The notes below the pieces were generated by a model. The model had not been told where the DNA came from, did no database searches, and saw nothing but the letters and a program-made list of their open reading frames with translations. The translations under genes were made by a program, and so were the position numbers. From assembly GCA_002269645.1 (NCBI GenBank), contig NIVC01001733.1, forward strand, positions 180,345-244,344: a DNA stretch of 64,000 nt, in the 5' to 3' direction. Positions 33,558 through 46,400 of the stretch are shown here, piece after piece. The stretch comes from Macrostomum lignano (taxonomy: Eukaryota). Within the stretch, counting starts at the first letter, position 1; every line of letters begins with the position of its first letter.

Positions 33558-34129
33558 GCTCCGCGAGAGCGCAACAACGAAATCTTAGTTGAACTCCCAT
33601 TGATTTCTAATGGTTTGATACAATTAACTCTTATTCAATACTGCGATCCTACTTTCGAGCTAGTAGTATGGATCGTTTTTTGTTGAAAACTTCATCCATG
33701 ACTATTGAATTCTCTCCTGGTTCTAACTACGCTCGTAGCATTGCTAGAAGCCGAAGAATGAATGTCACCATGTTTTTATACTTTTTATTAAGTTAAAAAT
33801 AAATTGGATCAGCGAATTCCAAGACTAAAATAGTAGGGAAAATATCGGAAATCTGAAATCGAAGAACTGAATCATTTTTCACGGGTAAAATCTATGAATT
33901 GAACATTTCTAAGAAAGATGACACTTTTAACAAAGTTGAGTAAGTGTAGATAAAATACATGCATATATGGTAGCTAATATGTTTCAGAGTTTAATCAAAC
34001 CAGTGATTAAAATATAACGCAAAACTAATCCGCAAAAACTAAGGCCTGGACGCGCTGCAGATGAATATAAACAGGACGAAATTGAGTAAAACTTTTTATT
34101 GTCCAATCGTCTCAAAAATCCGCCCAACG

Positions 34130-35698
34130 TCACTCCTTGCTCTCGCCGTGTCGGGTCAGCCGCAGCGGGAACTCGGGCGCCTCGATTCCCAGTGGCGACA
34201 CGTCGTAGTGGAAGGGCATGGGCCCCCCGGTGGACTCCACCCGGCACTCGAGCAGCAGGCGCAGAGTGAAATTGTACAGCAGCTGCATCGCCAGCTTACT
34301 GCCGGCGCACTTGCGGAAGCCGGCCCCGAATGCGAGAAACGCGGCGCCGGCCGCCTCTAGGAAGGCGCCCTCCTCGTCCAGGAAGCGCCCTGGCTGGAAG
34401 GCGTCCGGCTCGGACCACAGCGAGGCGTCCCGACTGGCCGACCACATGTTGCAGAGCACGATGGTTCCCTTGGCCACCCTGGTGCCGCACTCCAGCGTGA
34501 AGTCCCTCACAGCGCAGTGCGGGATGAGGAACAGCAGGCCGCATGAGTGCCGCAGCACCTCGGCAATGAAGGCGCGCAGCTTCGGCAGCTGCTGTCGCTC
34601 GGCCCAGCTGATGGCGGTCCGGCCCGGTCCGAGCTGCTCCCGAAGCTCGTCGACTACACTGGCCTGCCAGTTTGGGTGCATCGCCAGGTAGTACAGAATC
34701 CAGCGCACAACCGACACCGTGGTGCTGACCGAGGCGCCCATGATGTCCGTGAGCAGCCGTCCGGCCGTTTCGTTGTTGCAGACGTCTCCAAACTCGTCCG
34801 ATAGGCAGCGAGCCGCCTCCCCCGGTTGATGGCTCTCGGCGTCGCGATGGACCAGGTCGATTATTGCCGAGTCGACTTGGTCGGACACGCTCTTGAACTC
34901 GGCCAGCCGACCCGGCAGCAGGCGGGCAACTGGCGGCACCATGTCAGCCAGGCAGAGCAGCAGGGAGTTGTTGTTTCCTAGCGAGTGCACCGCGTCAACC
35001 ACCTTCGTGAACGGCGAGTCCGGGTTGCTGATGCACCTCTCGAACCAGCCCGGAGTGCGAGCGTGCAGCACAGAGTACAGGATGGAGCTCATCCACTTCT
35101 TCAAGTGGCGCATGCTGCTCACTGGGCCGTCGGTGCCTTCGCCTAGAAGTCCATCGACAAGGCGCGCCGTCTCCTCGGAGGCGAGCTCCTCGACCAGGCC
35201 GGAGTAGCGCCTGTCGTAGCGAATCAGCCCGGCGTGCATGAGGCGGCGATCGCGCAGGTACCAGCTGCCAGAACCGAAGGCAACTGAGCGGCCGCCGCTG
35301 ATTGTGCGGAAGGTGTTCCAGTCCGGCCGGTCGCAGATGTCCCTGCCGTGCTCGGTGAGCACATGTCGGATCGCAGCCGTGCCGTTGACCACCAGAGCAG
35401 GCCAGAGACCCATTCGGATGAAATAAATGTTGCCGTACACTCGCGACCACTCCAGCAGGCGGATGTGCGGCTGGGTGCCCAACCTGGGCAGGTGGCCGAT
35501 CACCGGGAAGCCCCACGGTCCGTGCTGACCTTTGACTCCGGTGCAGATGAGTGGCGCGGCCAATACGCTCGCCACCTTGACCCAGAGCCACACCAGAAGG
35601 TAAATCAGGACTCCAGCGCACAGTCCGAGTCCGAGATCGACGCCCAGCTTAACGCCTCGCTCCGTCTCGCTCCCGCCGCTTTTGTTTTGGCTCTCCAT
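34130..35698 (-). CDS. Cytochrome P450, clan 2, CYP1-like; intronless
   Basis: N-terminal TM; GPWGFPVIGHL; DRPDW..ISGGRSVAFG; I-helix TDIMGASVSTT; EVLR (ExxR); PGRF; heme motif FGAGFRKCAG. Confidence 0.95.
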   Translation of the reverse strand: MESQNKSGGSETERGVKLGVDLGLGLCAGVLIYLLVWLWVKVASVLAAPLICTGVKGQHGPWGFPVIGHLPRLGTQPHIRLLEWSRVYGNIYFIRMGLWPALVVNGTAAIRHVLTEHGRDICDRPDWNTFRTISGGRSVAFGSGSWYLRDRRLMHAGLIRYDRRYSGLVEELASEETARLVDGLLGEGTDGPVSSMRHLKKWMSSILYSVLHARTPGWFERCISNPDSPFTKVVDAVHSLGNNNSLLLCLADMVPPVARLLPGRLAEFKSVSDQVDSAIIDLVHRDAESHQPGEAARCLSDEFGDVCNNETAGRLLTDIMGASVSTTVSVVRWILYYLAMHPNWQASVVDELREQLGPGRTAISWAERQQLPKLRAFIAEVLRHSCGLLFLIPHCAVRDFTLECGTRVAKGTIVLCNMWSASRDASLWSEPDAFQPGRFLDEEGAFLEAAGAAFLAFGAGFRKCAGSKLAMQLLYNFTLRLLLECRVESTGGPMPFHYDVSPLGIEAPEFPLRLTRHGESKE

Positions 35699-36914
35699 CA
35701 GATCAGTGGATTGATTTTTTTATGGAACTCTTAGCTCAGGATACTCCTACGCACAAGCTGCGAGGGCACTTCTCAACACTGGTTGCCCGGCGTATTTATA
35801 ATGAATTCCGGCTCAATAAAAAGTTGTTTTGGCCCCTGAAAAGCCACCTACACACCTCATCATTCCTCCCTGCCTCCCTCGCCTTCCTGTCTCTAATTCA
35901 ACTAAGCCATTGTGAGACATCCGGCAACCAACTAGCAACTACCCAACCCTCCCACCGCTTCCTCGGTAGTTTCTGACGTCCAACATTTCAAAGCAAATTT
36001 TTGATAGCCCCGATCACCATGACAACGGCCGACAAAACCTGACCATTGGGATTGGAGAGACCGCCTGTAAGAACTGAAGGTTAACCGATTCCCACAGGAA
36101 AAGGGATAAGGTTATAGTAGACATGTAAATGCTTATTACAACCCAGATTTCGTAGACGTTCAAGCATTTTTTGGATTCTTGATGCTGATTCATGACAAAG
36201 CAGATAATAGAGCCTTCTAGGCCAACAAAGAAGCATTCACTTAGGGGAAACAAGAGCTCGAGCTGATGGCGCCAAGGTGAATTCAAGCTCTTGAATGCAG
36301 GTACTGATAGGAAACCACAACAACCAATGAGGCGAGCAGCTACGCGTGGGCGGCACTGCGTCTGTGGGTATCGGACAAAGGTCGCCGGGCGGAAGGCTCA
36401 GCGCGCTGACGGATGCTTTGCGGTTTTCTAGAAAGTTTGCCCACCTCCCTCCCGGATGAGGAAAGAGTGCACGGACTGTTCGCACAATGCAGCGGGGGTG
36501 GGATGGACAAACAATGGACCTGCTGCTGTTGTGTGGGCGTCTACTTCCGCAACAAGCCCTGAGCTCGCCCAGAGGCTTGGCTCTTCCGCTGCGGCCTTTG
36601 TGTCAAAGTTTATCACGGAAGAGCGAGATTGATCAACAAAAGGCTAAATGTCAGAGAATAGGCTGCTGGCCTTTGTGCGAAGGGGCGCCACGGACACGCC
36701 CTGGTCTGGTGCTTGTGAGCAATCATTTCCGCAAGGGCTGGAATTAAAGTACCGATCAAACTCTAAGTGGCACCACTGCGCAACAATGAACTTAAGAACC
36801 TCCTTGGTGTGTACTTACACCATTGGTGTTGACCTTTGAAAAAAGGGACATTTCCATCAGATTTCTCGGAATTTTAGGCGCCAAAGACGTTTGGGATTTT
36901 ATCCCTTAGCTTGG

Positions 36915-37380
36915 AAAAGGGCGCCCCTGTCTCTTGGTGGGCGCTCCTGTCCCTTGGTGGGCGCCCCTGTCTCTTGTTCGGCGCCCCTGTCTCTTGGTGG
37001 GCGCCCTTGTCTCTTGGTGGGCGCCCAAGTCTCTTGGTGGGCGCCCCTGTCTCTTGGTGGGTGCCCCTGTCTCTTGGTGGGCGCCTGTATCTCTTGGTGG
37101 GCGCCCCAGTATCTTGGTGGGCGCTCCTGTCTCTTGGTGGGCGCCCTTGTCTCTTGGTGGGCGCCCCTGTCTCTTGGTGGGCGCCTCTATCTCTTGGTGG
37201 GCGCTCCTGTCTCTTGGTGGGCGCCCCTGTCTCTTGGTGGGCGCTCCTGTCTCTTGGTGGGCGCCTCTATCTCTTGGTGGGCGCCTCTATCTCTTGGTGG
37301 GCGCCCCAGTCCCTGCTTCTTGGTAGGGGCCCTTGCCTCTTGGTGGGCGCACCTGTCTCTTGGTGGACGCTTCTGTCTCT
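36915..37380 (+). repeat. 20-bp minisatellite (ctcttggtgggcgcccctgt)
   Basis: Direct reading. Confidence 0.93.
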
Positions 37381-37784
37381 AAGTTTGTGTTGCTACCCAT
37401 CAAAGCTCGGTGCTTTGATCACTTCCTGCTCTTTTCTTAGACCATCAACCTTTATTTGTACTCAGAGAAGGCTTTGTTATTTGAGCACCTCATCTTTAAA
37501 CTTCTTTCAAGTTAGGAGTCTCGTATTCTCAAAACTGAGAAGTGACTGCCGAATATTATTGATAAAAATTGTTGTTTTACCTGCAGTTGCCGGGTCACCC
37601 AGACTGGCAAAATTCCAAATGGCAGCTTTTATGTGATGGAGGCATGACACCAGCATGATTGTACCTGCTGAGGTGCCAGCCGTCAGTCAATGCAATTTTG
37701 CAATTCTGACATTGATCAGAAGTTACACCCGAAGCTGCTGAGTTCGGAAACAGCGCATTGAATTTATCGACTGCTCTGAAAGTC

Positions 37785-38061
37785 GGGCCGCTGTACACCC
37801 CGTGTGAGCGTGTGAATGAGTGCCTGCGTACAGTATTGGCGCGCTTGTGTGTGCTCAGTAGTCAGCGCTGCTGAGATGGGACAAAGATGGGAGAAAAGAT
37901 GGGACAGCCGGAAGTTCGCCTGCTTGAGGTACAGGTATTTTATTAGAGGCAGGGGGCTGTGTGCACCCTGGCGCACTTTAAGCGACATTGTCACACAACC
38001 GGAGAGAGGCATTACTGCCCATTCGGCCGACTCACACTTACACAGGAGAGTACAGCGACCC
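37785..38061. mobile_element. Putative MITE with imperfect terminal inverted repeats
   Basis: gggccgctgtacaccccgtgtgagcgtgtga versus tcacacttacacaggagagtacagcgaccc; a similar left end occurs near 5831. Confidence 0.4.
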
Positions 38062-38955
38062 TAACTTTATTGCGCGGTAGGCATGTACACTTCACTGTGC
38101 CTTGGGGGGTTGGCTCTCAGTGACGCTAATTGCTCGAGCAGAGCCAAGCCAAAGTTCCAATTCAGCCCCAAATTAATGTGACTGCATTTGGAATCGAGCC
38201 TGGGCCGTTGGCCCCGGTCGCTTGCTTGATAAAGTACGAATGAACCTTGGAAAAAGCACATCAGTCTGAGCTGAGCTATTTGGAATTCAGTGCTGAAAAT
38301 CTGCAAACTCCCTAAATTTACCGACTCATTTCATTCTGCTCTAATTGCAAATTGCATCTCCGCTCGCATTACTGTGTGCACTTTTAATTTTATCTCTGAA
38401 CCGCATGGGGAAGCCGCTGCCTGAATCGCTCCGGCTGCTGGCAACAATGGCAGCTCATCTCCTTCAGACTCATTCAGCTTCTCAGCCACTAAACTCTTAG
38501 TCCGCTAAAATCAATAAAGAAGAAAAGAGAAAAGCCGAAAAACGCAATTTCGCCGAGGCAGGGGCTGCTCAATAAACCAAGCCGTGTTACTGGCGCTTTG
38601 AGTCCGCATCCATTAATGCGCCGTTCCTGTTGCCGGATGCAGCCGCTTTACAGCATATTATTTAGCTGTCTTTACAGCAGGCCTGTCGACAATGTATGCA
38701 GCAGGCAAAGTTGCGAGCTTCAGTTCTACGAGTACCTGTAGATTCTCGAGTAGCTGAGACAGCTATCTGCAGAGATCAGCTAATTACCCAGTCTGTGTGA
38801 CGAAAACAACATAATTCCAAACCCCTAGGGGGTCAATGAGAATCAGGCATCAGAACCCTCTGTTTCAGATTTGGGCTGTGGAGCTTAGTAATGTAGCAGT
38901 GCTTTAAATACATGCATTTATACGTATCAATTTTGCCAATTTAATTTATCATTAC

Positions 38956-39300
<345 letters not shown>

Positions 39301-39372
39301 TTTTGTTGTTGCTGTTGCTTTGTTGTTGCTCGTTTGCTGCAGCAGTTATTGAACACTTATGATTTTTGTATT

Positions 39373-42101
39373 TCAGGCCATCTCGTTGCTGCAAGATACG
39401 CCGTTATTGGCGGTGTAGAACTTGACGTTGCACTGCGCCTCTGGCACGGCGTAGGCTGCGTAAAGCTTCGGCGCGAACATGATGGCCAGCAGCAGGCCGT
39501 GGGTCAGCACGCAAGAGAACACCATCAACTTGACGGCGGTGGCCAATGTGGTTGCCGTCAACGCAGCCGGGGTGAATGCCGCCCAGAGGAAGAGCGCGGA
39601 GGCGCCGGCCGCCAAGATGCACTTGCTGTCGTGAAAATTGTCGGGTAGTTGACGGGTTCGCAGCGCCAGCAGGCAGGTGGTGCCCAATAGGGTCAAGTTG
39701 CAGCCCAGCGGAGCCCAGAAGCTGACGGTCATGAGGTCGCACTGCCGCTCCACCCACGGCTTCGAGTCGGACGTTGTCGAGGCCGACTGACGGATGCGCG
39801 ACTGCACGGGCCAGCGGAGACTGAGCCCAATGATGATGCCAGTCTGCAATGTTTTGTAGAAAATGGACAGGTAGTTTTTGGGTTGATAAGGCCGGTCAGC
39901 ATCCCAGATCCCCATGCCTCACCATCAGCAGGACGAGACCAGCCAGCATCGCAGAAATCGGGCGCTGCCTTGCCAACTGCGGCGTCGGCCGGCCCGCCCC
40001 GGACGCTCTGAACACCAACAGGATGCGCAGTGTCTTCACCAGCTGGCTGCAGTAGCAAACCGACAGGCCCAGCTGGGTGGCGGCGTTCGCGCAGCAGCAG
40101 GCAACGTCGGAAGCCTCAACTGCGATGGGTGCCAGGCCGGACAGACCGAGAAGGCTGCCGCAAAGGCAGGCCACCTGTTAGAAACAATTTAAAATGGTAA
40201 TTCGAGTTCCACACTAACAACTGCCACCAGTCTTGCCTTACCGACAGCTGCACCGAGGACGCCTTGACTAGCCGATGCTCCCGCCGGTGCAGCAGCAACA
40301 GCAGCGCAGTCAGTGTCAATGCGGCCAGGAGGGCCGCGCACACCAGGAGCCCCGGCAGCAGGAGATCGTCGTTCCAGCCGGCGACAGGCAACGGCTGGCA
40401 GGTCTCGGCCTCTGGCCAGGAGAACGTTGGGCAGGGCAGGCAGGCGAGGCCGTCCGAACCGGCGATTTCGCCCGGGAAGCAGGCGCGGCAGGTGAAGCAG
40501 CAGGCGTCGGTGGGCACCCGGATGTGGCCGGCTGGGCAGGGCGGGCTGCAGAACGAGGCCGCCGGTGCAGCAGTTTGGTTGTCCCAAACCCTCAGGCTGG
40601 AGCGCTGCGTCCATCGGGCGAACAATTTGAGCTCGCCGTCGGCTTCCTCGTGGCGCACGTCGTAGGCAGGCGCGGCGTCGCCGCTGGAGTCGAAGCCGTC
40701 AAAGTCAGCGATAAAATGCCGACGAGCTGTTGTTGAAAAATTTGACGCAGCAATGAGGGTGGAGATTCGAGGGCCAGTGATGCAGCTGAGTAGCTGGCTG
40801 AGGTTTCCCTCTGCGACGCTCGGCTGACACTCTTCGCTTAGGGCGACCGATTGGACGCTGTCGGCGATGAGCGTCAGCGAGTCCAGCATGCGAGCCAGCG
40901 GAGCCACTTTAACGCTGAGGCTTAAACGCGACAGAGAGGCGACCTTGGCACTGCACCCAGCTGATGTGACGTTGCCAGCAGCTGTGCAATTGCCACCGGA
41001 GAGAACCCTCTGCAGCTGAAAGCCGAACGGGAACTCCACCAGCTGGGCGAGGTTTAACGAGTGGTAAAAGCGGAGCAAGTCTGGCACGGGAAACTGCGGA
41101 AAGGCTACGTAGAAGGCGCCCTGAGTGTAGTCTTTGTACGAATCGGCGTTCGTGTCGGAGGTGATGATGGTGCCACCGCGGGAGGCGATGCGGGCAAGCA
41201 GCCTGTCGGGCACCAGGCTGAACAGTTCGTACACGAGGAACACGGTCAAGTTTTGCCGAGAGTCGATGGCGTCCAGCGCGTCGGATACGGAAGTGAGCTG
41301 GTTCAACGCCAGGGTGAAGGCAACGCACACCGGTGCAGAATATTCGCTGGAGTTGCCTCCTTCGCTCGGTGCCGCAGCGAGCAGGAGCCTGGTGTTTTGC
41401 GCGAGGCCCCTCCCGTACACGTCGTCTCTGTGGATGATGGCCACGTAGGTCCAGCCGAAGTGGCGCACCAGCTGCACTGCGGCTCTGGCCTGGTGGCGAT
41501 CCGTTGACACCAGCCGGTAGACGTTCGGGTACCGCTCCCGGTCCGAGAACGCGTCGCTGCTGGACTCGGTGGACACCTGCGGCAGCTGGTAGGGCGACAG
41601 CAGACGTGACACAATGTCCGTGGTGCTGCTGTACCAGGCGGCCGCAGCGGCCTGAATGAGATAGACCGACTCCTCGATGCCGCTGAGCCGCTGAGAGCAG
41701 AAGGCGCCTCCGGCTGCAAGGGCGCCGTGCTGCCAGGCAGGGCGCAGGTTCTTCGTCAGACTGACGGCTGCGGCTGACGACATGCAGGGGTCCAAATGGA
41801 CGAAGCCGAACGTCCATCCGCGTGCGCGCAGCTCCGGGCGCAGCTGCTCCCTGTTGATTCTGTCGACAGCAAAGTGGACGGCGAGTCCTCGCAAGAACTG
41901 CGCCTCCGTGATGGGAAACTCCGCCTCGGCGCTGAGGCAGTTGAACTCAGAGTTCTGCACGATGGCCAAGTTGAAGACGCCGTCGCGACAGAATAGCTGC
42001 TGGTGGCAGTGAGCCGCCAGCAGAAGCTGCTGTAGCAGCAATAGAGAGATGAGCATGGAGAGGCTTGGACGGGCTGGCAGGCTGGCGGCAGACCAGCACA
42101 T
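39373..42101 (-). CDS. Class C GPCR (mGluR/CaSR-like): Venus flytrap + cysteine-rich domain + 7TM
   Basis: Exons 42101-40242, 40174-39923 and 39843-39373 (phase 0). Motifs: signal peptide; QLPQVSTESSSDAFSDRERYP; FGWTYVAII; CSPPCPAG..CCFTCRAC..CLPC; LVKASS; LVKTLRI; QLPDNFHDSK; MFAPKLY. Confidence 0.92.
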
Positions 42102-42635
42102 CGCCCGCAGCTGACCTGCCCAAATCCAGGCCAGTCAGGGCCTGCTCGTGCATTCCTGATTCGGTCAGCAGTTCGGCGGCCAATCCGGCGAATTTTTTCC
42201 CCGGCAGCAGGGTCTGCCAAGCAAATCAAAGCAAAGCCTCGATGCTTATCGATCGGGTCAAGCTTAATCACCTCTACAGTGTGACCTGCTGACAAGTGTG
42301 TGTATGAGAGAGTCAGAGGGCAGCACGATGCTTTTCCGGTGCACCCCGCACCGCAGAACAATGCAGAGCAGTGCAATCCAGTGAGCATACTCGTAGCATT
42401 TCTGCAGAGTGGGTCACCTCCAGGCAAATCTGCGCCAAAACAGTCTGCTCTCGAGCTCGATAAGAGAGGACAGCAAAAACAACAAGCTGATTAGATAAGA
42501 AATCTCGCACGGTGCCAGCTCTGTATTTATGGCGCGGCAACTCGCGGCCAGCTCAGACAACTCAGAGAGCCGGCCCTTCTTAGCTGATTTTTTAACACAA
42601 GTAAGCTTTACTCAGAACCCCCTGCAAGTCTCTGA

Positions 42636-43130
42636 ATGGCGCTCAAACTGCAGCTCAGTCTGGCTCTGGCGCTCACCGTGCTGGCTGCCTCGCTGCGGAC
42701 AGGCCACAGCTGCAACAGCGGAAACAGGGGCGGCTCCGGCTCCGAGTCCATCACCGACTCCGGCTCCGGCCGCCCCGTCCGCGTTTCCGGCTACGTCCTG
42801 CTGAACCCGGCACCGCAGCAGCTGCCAGTCAACACCCGTCTCGAAGTTCGCCTACAGGACATCTCGCTGATGGACGCGCCGTCGAAGCTGCTTGGCAGCC
42901 AGACGCTCAACTCGGTGTCGACGAGTTACAACGCCGACCGCCGGATCCCCTTCAGCCTGGAGGCGGTGATCCCTGCGGACACGCCCTTCATGCCCCACTC
43001 GGTGTCCGTGTCGGCCTCCTTGCGTGGCGACGGCGTCTCCTACATCACCGACACTGCCTACTACGTTAACCTTCAGGAGGGCACCTTCGAGTACCGCGAC
43101 ATGGAGATCACCATCATCAAGTACCCGTGA
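42636..43130 (+). CDS. ybaY: Secreted YbaY/YscW-like (bacterial lipoprotein/pilotin family) protein, intronless
   Basis: Signal peptide, Cys and a Gly/Ser linker, then VSGYV..LP..L.V.LQDISLMDAPSKLL..PFSL..PAD..SAS..YITDT. This matches the motif order recalled for E. coli YbaY (VSGTV..LP..L.V.LSDASLADAPSKVL..PFSF..PAD..SAA..FITDT). Confidence 0.82.
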   Translation: MALKLQLSLALALTVLAASLRTGHSCNSGNRGGSGSESITDSGSGRPVRVSGYVLLNPAPQQLPVNTRLEVRLQDISLMDAPSKLLGSQTLNSVSTSYNADRRIPFSLEAVIPADTPFMPHSVSVSASLRGDGVSYITDTAYYVNLQEGTFEYRDMEITIIKYP

Positions 43131-43431
43131 AGCTGCTGGGTACCTGAAGCTAACCTGATCATGCGTAAATGAGCGACGTTGTTGACGGTTTCATAAGCTC
43201 GCGATTTATAACTAATTACGAGATACGAGTATCTACTTGTAAAATTCACTTTATAAATACAATTTTCATCTGGTCTTTAAGGAAAGGTTATCCTCATCAG
43301 TGTAGGCTACTTATAGTAGACAAACGCAACAACAATATGCAAAGCCGGATTTGAGATTTATTGGTTAAATATTTTAAATATGAACGCTTTAATAAGCAAA
43401 CTGTAAATAACTGCTGTTAACTGTCAACTTT

Positions 43432-46400
43432 TCAATTGTCCGTGGCGAAGTAGTAAGGCAGCAATGAGCTGTTCCTCAGGTACAGCAAACAGCAGATGGA
43501 CTGGAAAACTCTCAGGTAGCACAACAGCAGCACCACCACCACGACTGAGTCGACTGGCCACGGCACCAATTCGAGGCACTTCTGCACCACCTCCACGTTG
43601 ACGTCGTCCAATAGAAAGTTTCTCTCTAAGAGCAGTGCGGAGTAGCATTTGGCTTCTGCCCCATTCTGTCCAGTTTTTATCCCGTTTCTGTCCGGTTCCT
43701 GTCCAGTTTCTGTCCAGTTTCTGTCCCCATTCTGTCCGGTTCCTTTCCAGTTTCTGTCCGGCTTCTGCCCCCATTCTGTCCAGTTTCTGTCCAGTTTCTG
43801 TCCAGTTTCTGTCCCCATTCTGTCCGGTTCCTTTCCAGTTTCTGTCCGGCTTCTGCCCCCATTCTGTCCAGTTTCTGTCCAGTTTCTGTCCAGTTTCTAT
43901 CCCGTTTCTGTCCAGTTTCTGTCCAGTTTCTGTCCGGCTTCTGCCCCCATTCTGTCCAGTTTCTGTCCAGTTTCTGTCCAGTTTCTGTCCGGTTCCTGTC
44001 CAGTTTCTGTCCGGCTTCTGCCCCTATTCTGTCCAGTTTCTGTCCAGTTTCTGTCCCCATTCTATCCCGTTTCTGTCCTGTTTCTGTCCAGTTTCTGTCC
44101 AGTTTCTGTCCTGTTTCTGTCCAGTTTTTGTCCAGTTTCTGTCCTGTTTCTGTCCAGTTTCTGTCCAGTTTCTGTCCTGTTTCTGTCCAGTTTCTGTCCC
44201 CATTCTATCCCATTTTTAGCCAGTTTCTGTCCAGTTTCCGTCCGGTTTCTGTCCAGTTTCTGTCCGGTTTCTGTCCAGTTTCTGTCCAGTTTCTGTCCGG
44301 TTTCTGTCCAGTTTCTGTCCAGTTTCTGTCCAGTTTCTGTCCAGTTTCTGTCCCCATTCTGTCCAGTTTCTGTCCGGCTTCTGTCCCCATTCTGTCCGGT
44401 TCCTGTTCCAGTTCCAAGCAGCAGAGCCGGCGCTTACCCAGCAGTTTGGGCACCAGCGGGTCGGTCCTGGTGATGGCCACGGTCATCAGGATGTACACGT
44501 TGGCCAGCAGGAAGCTCAGGCCGCACACCACATTTTCAACTTGGCGAAAGCGAAGCACCGTGGCAAAGAAGCCCATCAGGCCGACTGGGCGTTGAGCAGG
44601 TGGGGTGGAAGACCTGCTGCGTCACCAGCTACTGCCATTCCCTGTGCCATTCCCTGTGCCATTCCCTGTGCCATTCCCTGTGCCATTCCCTGTGCCATTC
44701 CCTGTGCCATTCCCTGTGCCATTCCCTGTGCCATTCCCTGTGCCATTCCCTGTGCCATTCCCTGTGCCATTCCCTGTGCCATTCCCTGTGCCATTTCCTG
44801 TGCCATTCCCTGTGCCATTCCCTGTGCCATTCCCTGTGCCATTCTCTGTGCCATTCCCTGTGCCATTCCCTGTGCCATTTCCTGTGCCATTCCCTGTGCC
44901 ATTCCCTGTACCATTCCCTGTGCCATTCCCTGTGCCATTCCCTGTGCCATTCCCTGTGCCATTCCCTGTGCCATTCCCTGTGCCATTCTCTGTGCCATTC
45001 CCTGTGCCATTCCCTGTGCCATTCCCTGTGCCATTCCCTGTGCCATTCCCTGTGCCATTCCCTGTGCCATTACCTGTGCCATTACCTACTGCCATTCCCT
45101 GTGCCATTCCCTGTGCCATTCCCTGTGTCATTACCTACTGCCATTCACTGTGCCATTCCCTGTGCCATTACCTACTGCCATTCACTGTACCATTCCCTGT
45201 GCCATTACCTACTGCCATTCACTGTGCCATTCCCTGTGCCATTCCCTGTGCCATTCTCTGTGCCATTCCCTGTGCCATTCCCTGTGCCATTACCTGTGCC
45301 ATTACCTACTGCCATTCCCTGTGCCATTCCCTGTGCCATTCCCTGTGTCATTACCTACTGCCATTCACTGTGCCATTCCCTGTGCCATTACCTACTGCCA
45401 TTCACTGTGCCATTCCCTGTGCCATTTCCTGTGCCATTCTCTGTGCCATTCCCTGTGCCATTCCCTGTGCCATTCCCTGTGCTATTCCCTGTACCATTCC
45501 CTGTGCCATTCCCTGTGCCATTCCCTGTGCCATTCCCTGTGCCATTCCCTGTGCCATTCCCTGTGCCATTCTCTGTGCCATTCCCTGTGCCATTCCCTGT
45601 GCCATTCCCTGTGCCATTCCCTGTGCCATTCCCTGTGCCATTCCCTGTGCCATTCCCTGTGCCATTCCCTGTGCCATTCCCTGTGCCATTCCCTGTGCCA
45701 TTACCTACTGCCATTCACTGTGCCATTCCCTGTGCCATTACCTACTGCCATTCACTGTGCCATTCCCTGTGCCATTACCTACTGCCATTCACTGTGCCAT
45801 TCCCTGTGCCATTACCTACTGCCATTCACTGTGCCATTCCCTGTGCCATTACCTACTGCCATTCACTGTGCCATTCCCTGTGCCATTACCTACTGCCATT
45901 CACTGTGCCATTCCCTGTGCCATTACCTACTGCCATTCACTGTGCCATTCCCTGTGCCATTACCTACTGCCATTCACTGTGCCATTCCCTGTGCCATTCC
46001 CTGTGCCATTCTCTGTGCCATTCCCTGTGCCATTCCCTGTGCCATTCCCTGTGCCATTCCCTGTGCCATTCCCTGTGCCATTCCCTGTGCCATTCCCTGT
46101 GCCATTCTCTGTGCCATTCCCTGTGCCATTCCCTGTGCCATTACCTACTGCCATTCACTGTGCCATTCCCTGTGCCATTACCTACTGCCATTCACTGTGC
46201 CATTCCCTGTGCCATTACCTACTGCCATTCACTGTGCCATTCCCTGTGCCATTACCTACTGCCATTCCCTGTGCCATTCCCTGTGCCATTACCTACTGCC
46301 ATTCACTGTGCCATTCCCTGTGCCATTACCTACTGCCATTCACTGTGCCATTCCCTGTGCCATTACCTACTGCCATTCCCTGTGCCATTCCCTGTGCCAT

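Noticed and set aside
36300-36700. GC-rich frame with protein-like stretches
   Set aside because: Multiple in-frame stops and no recognisable family; too weak to call a pseudogene
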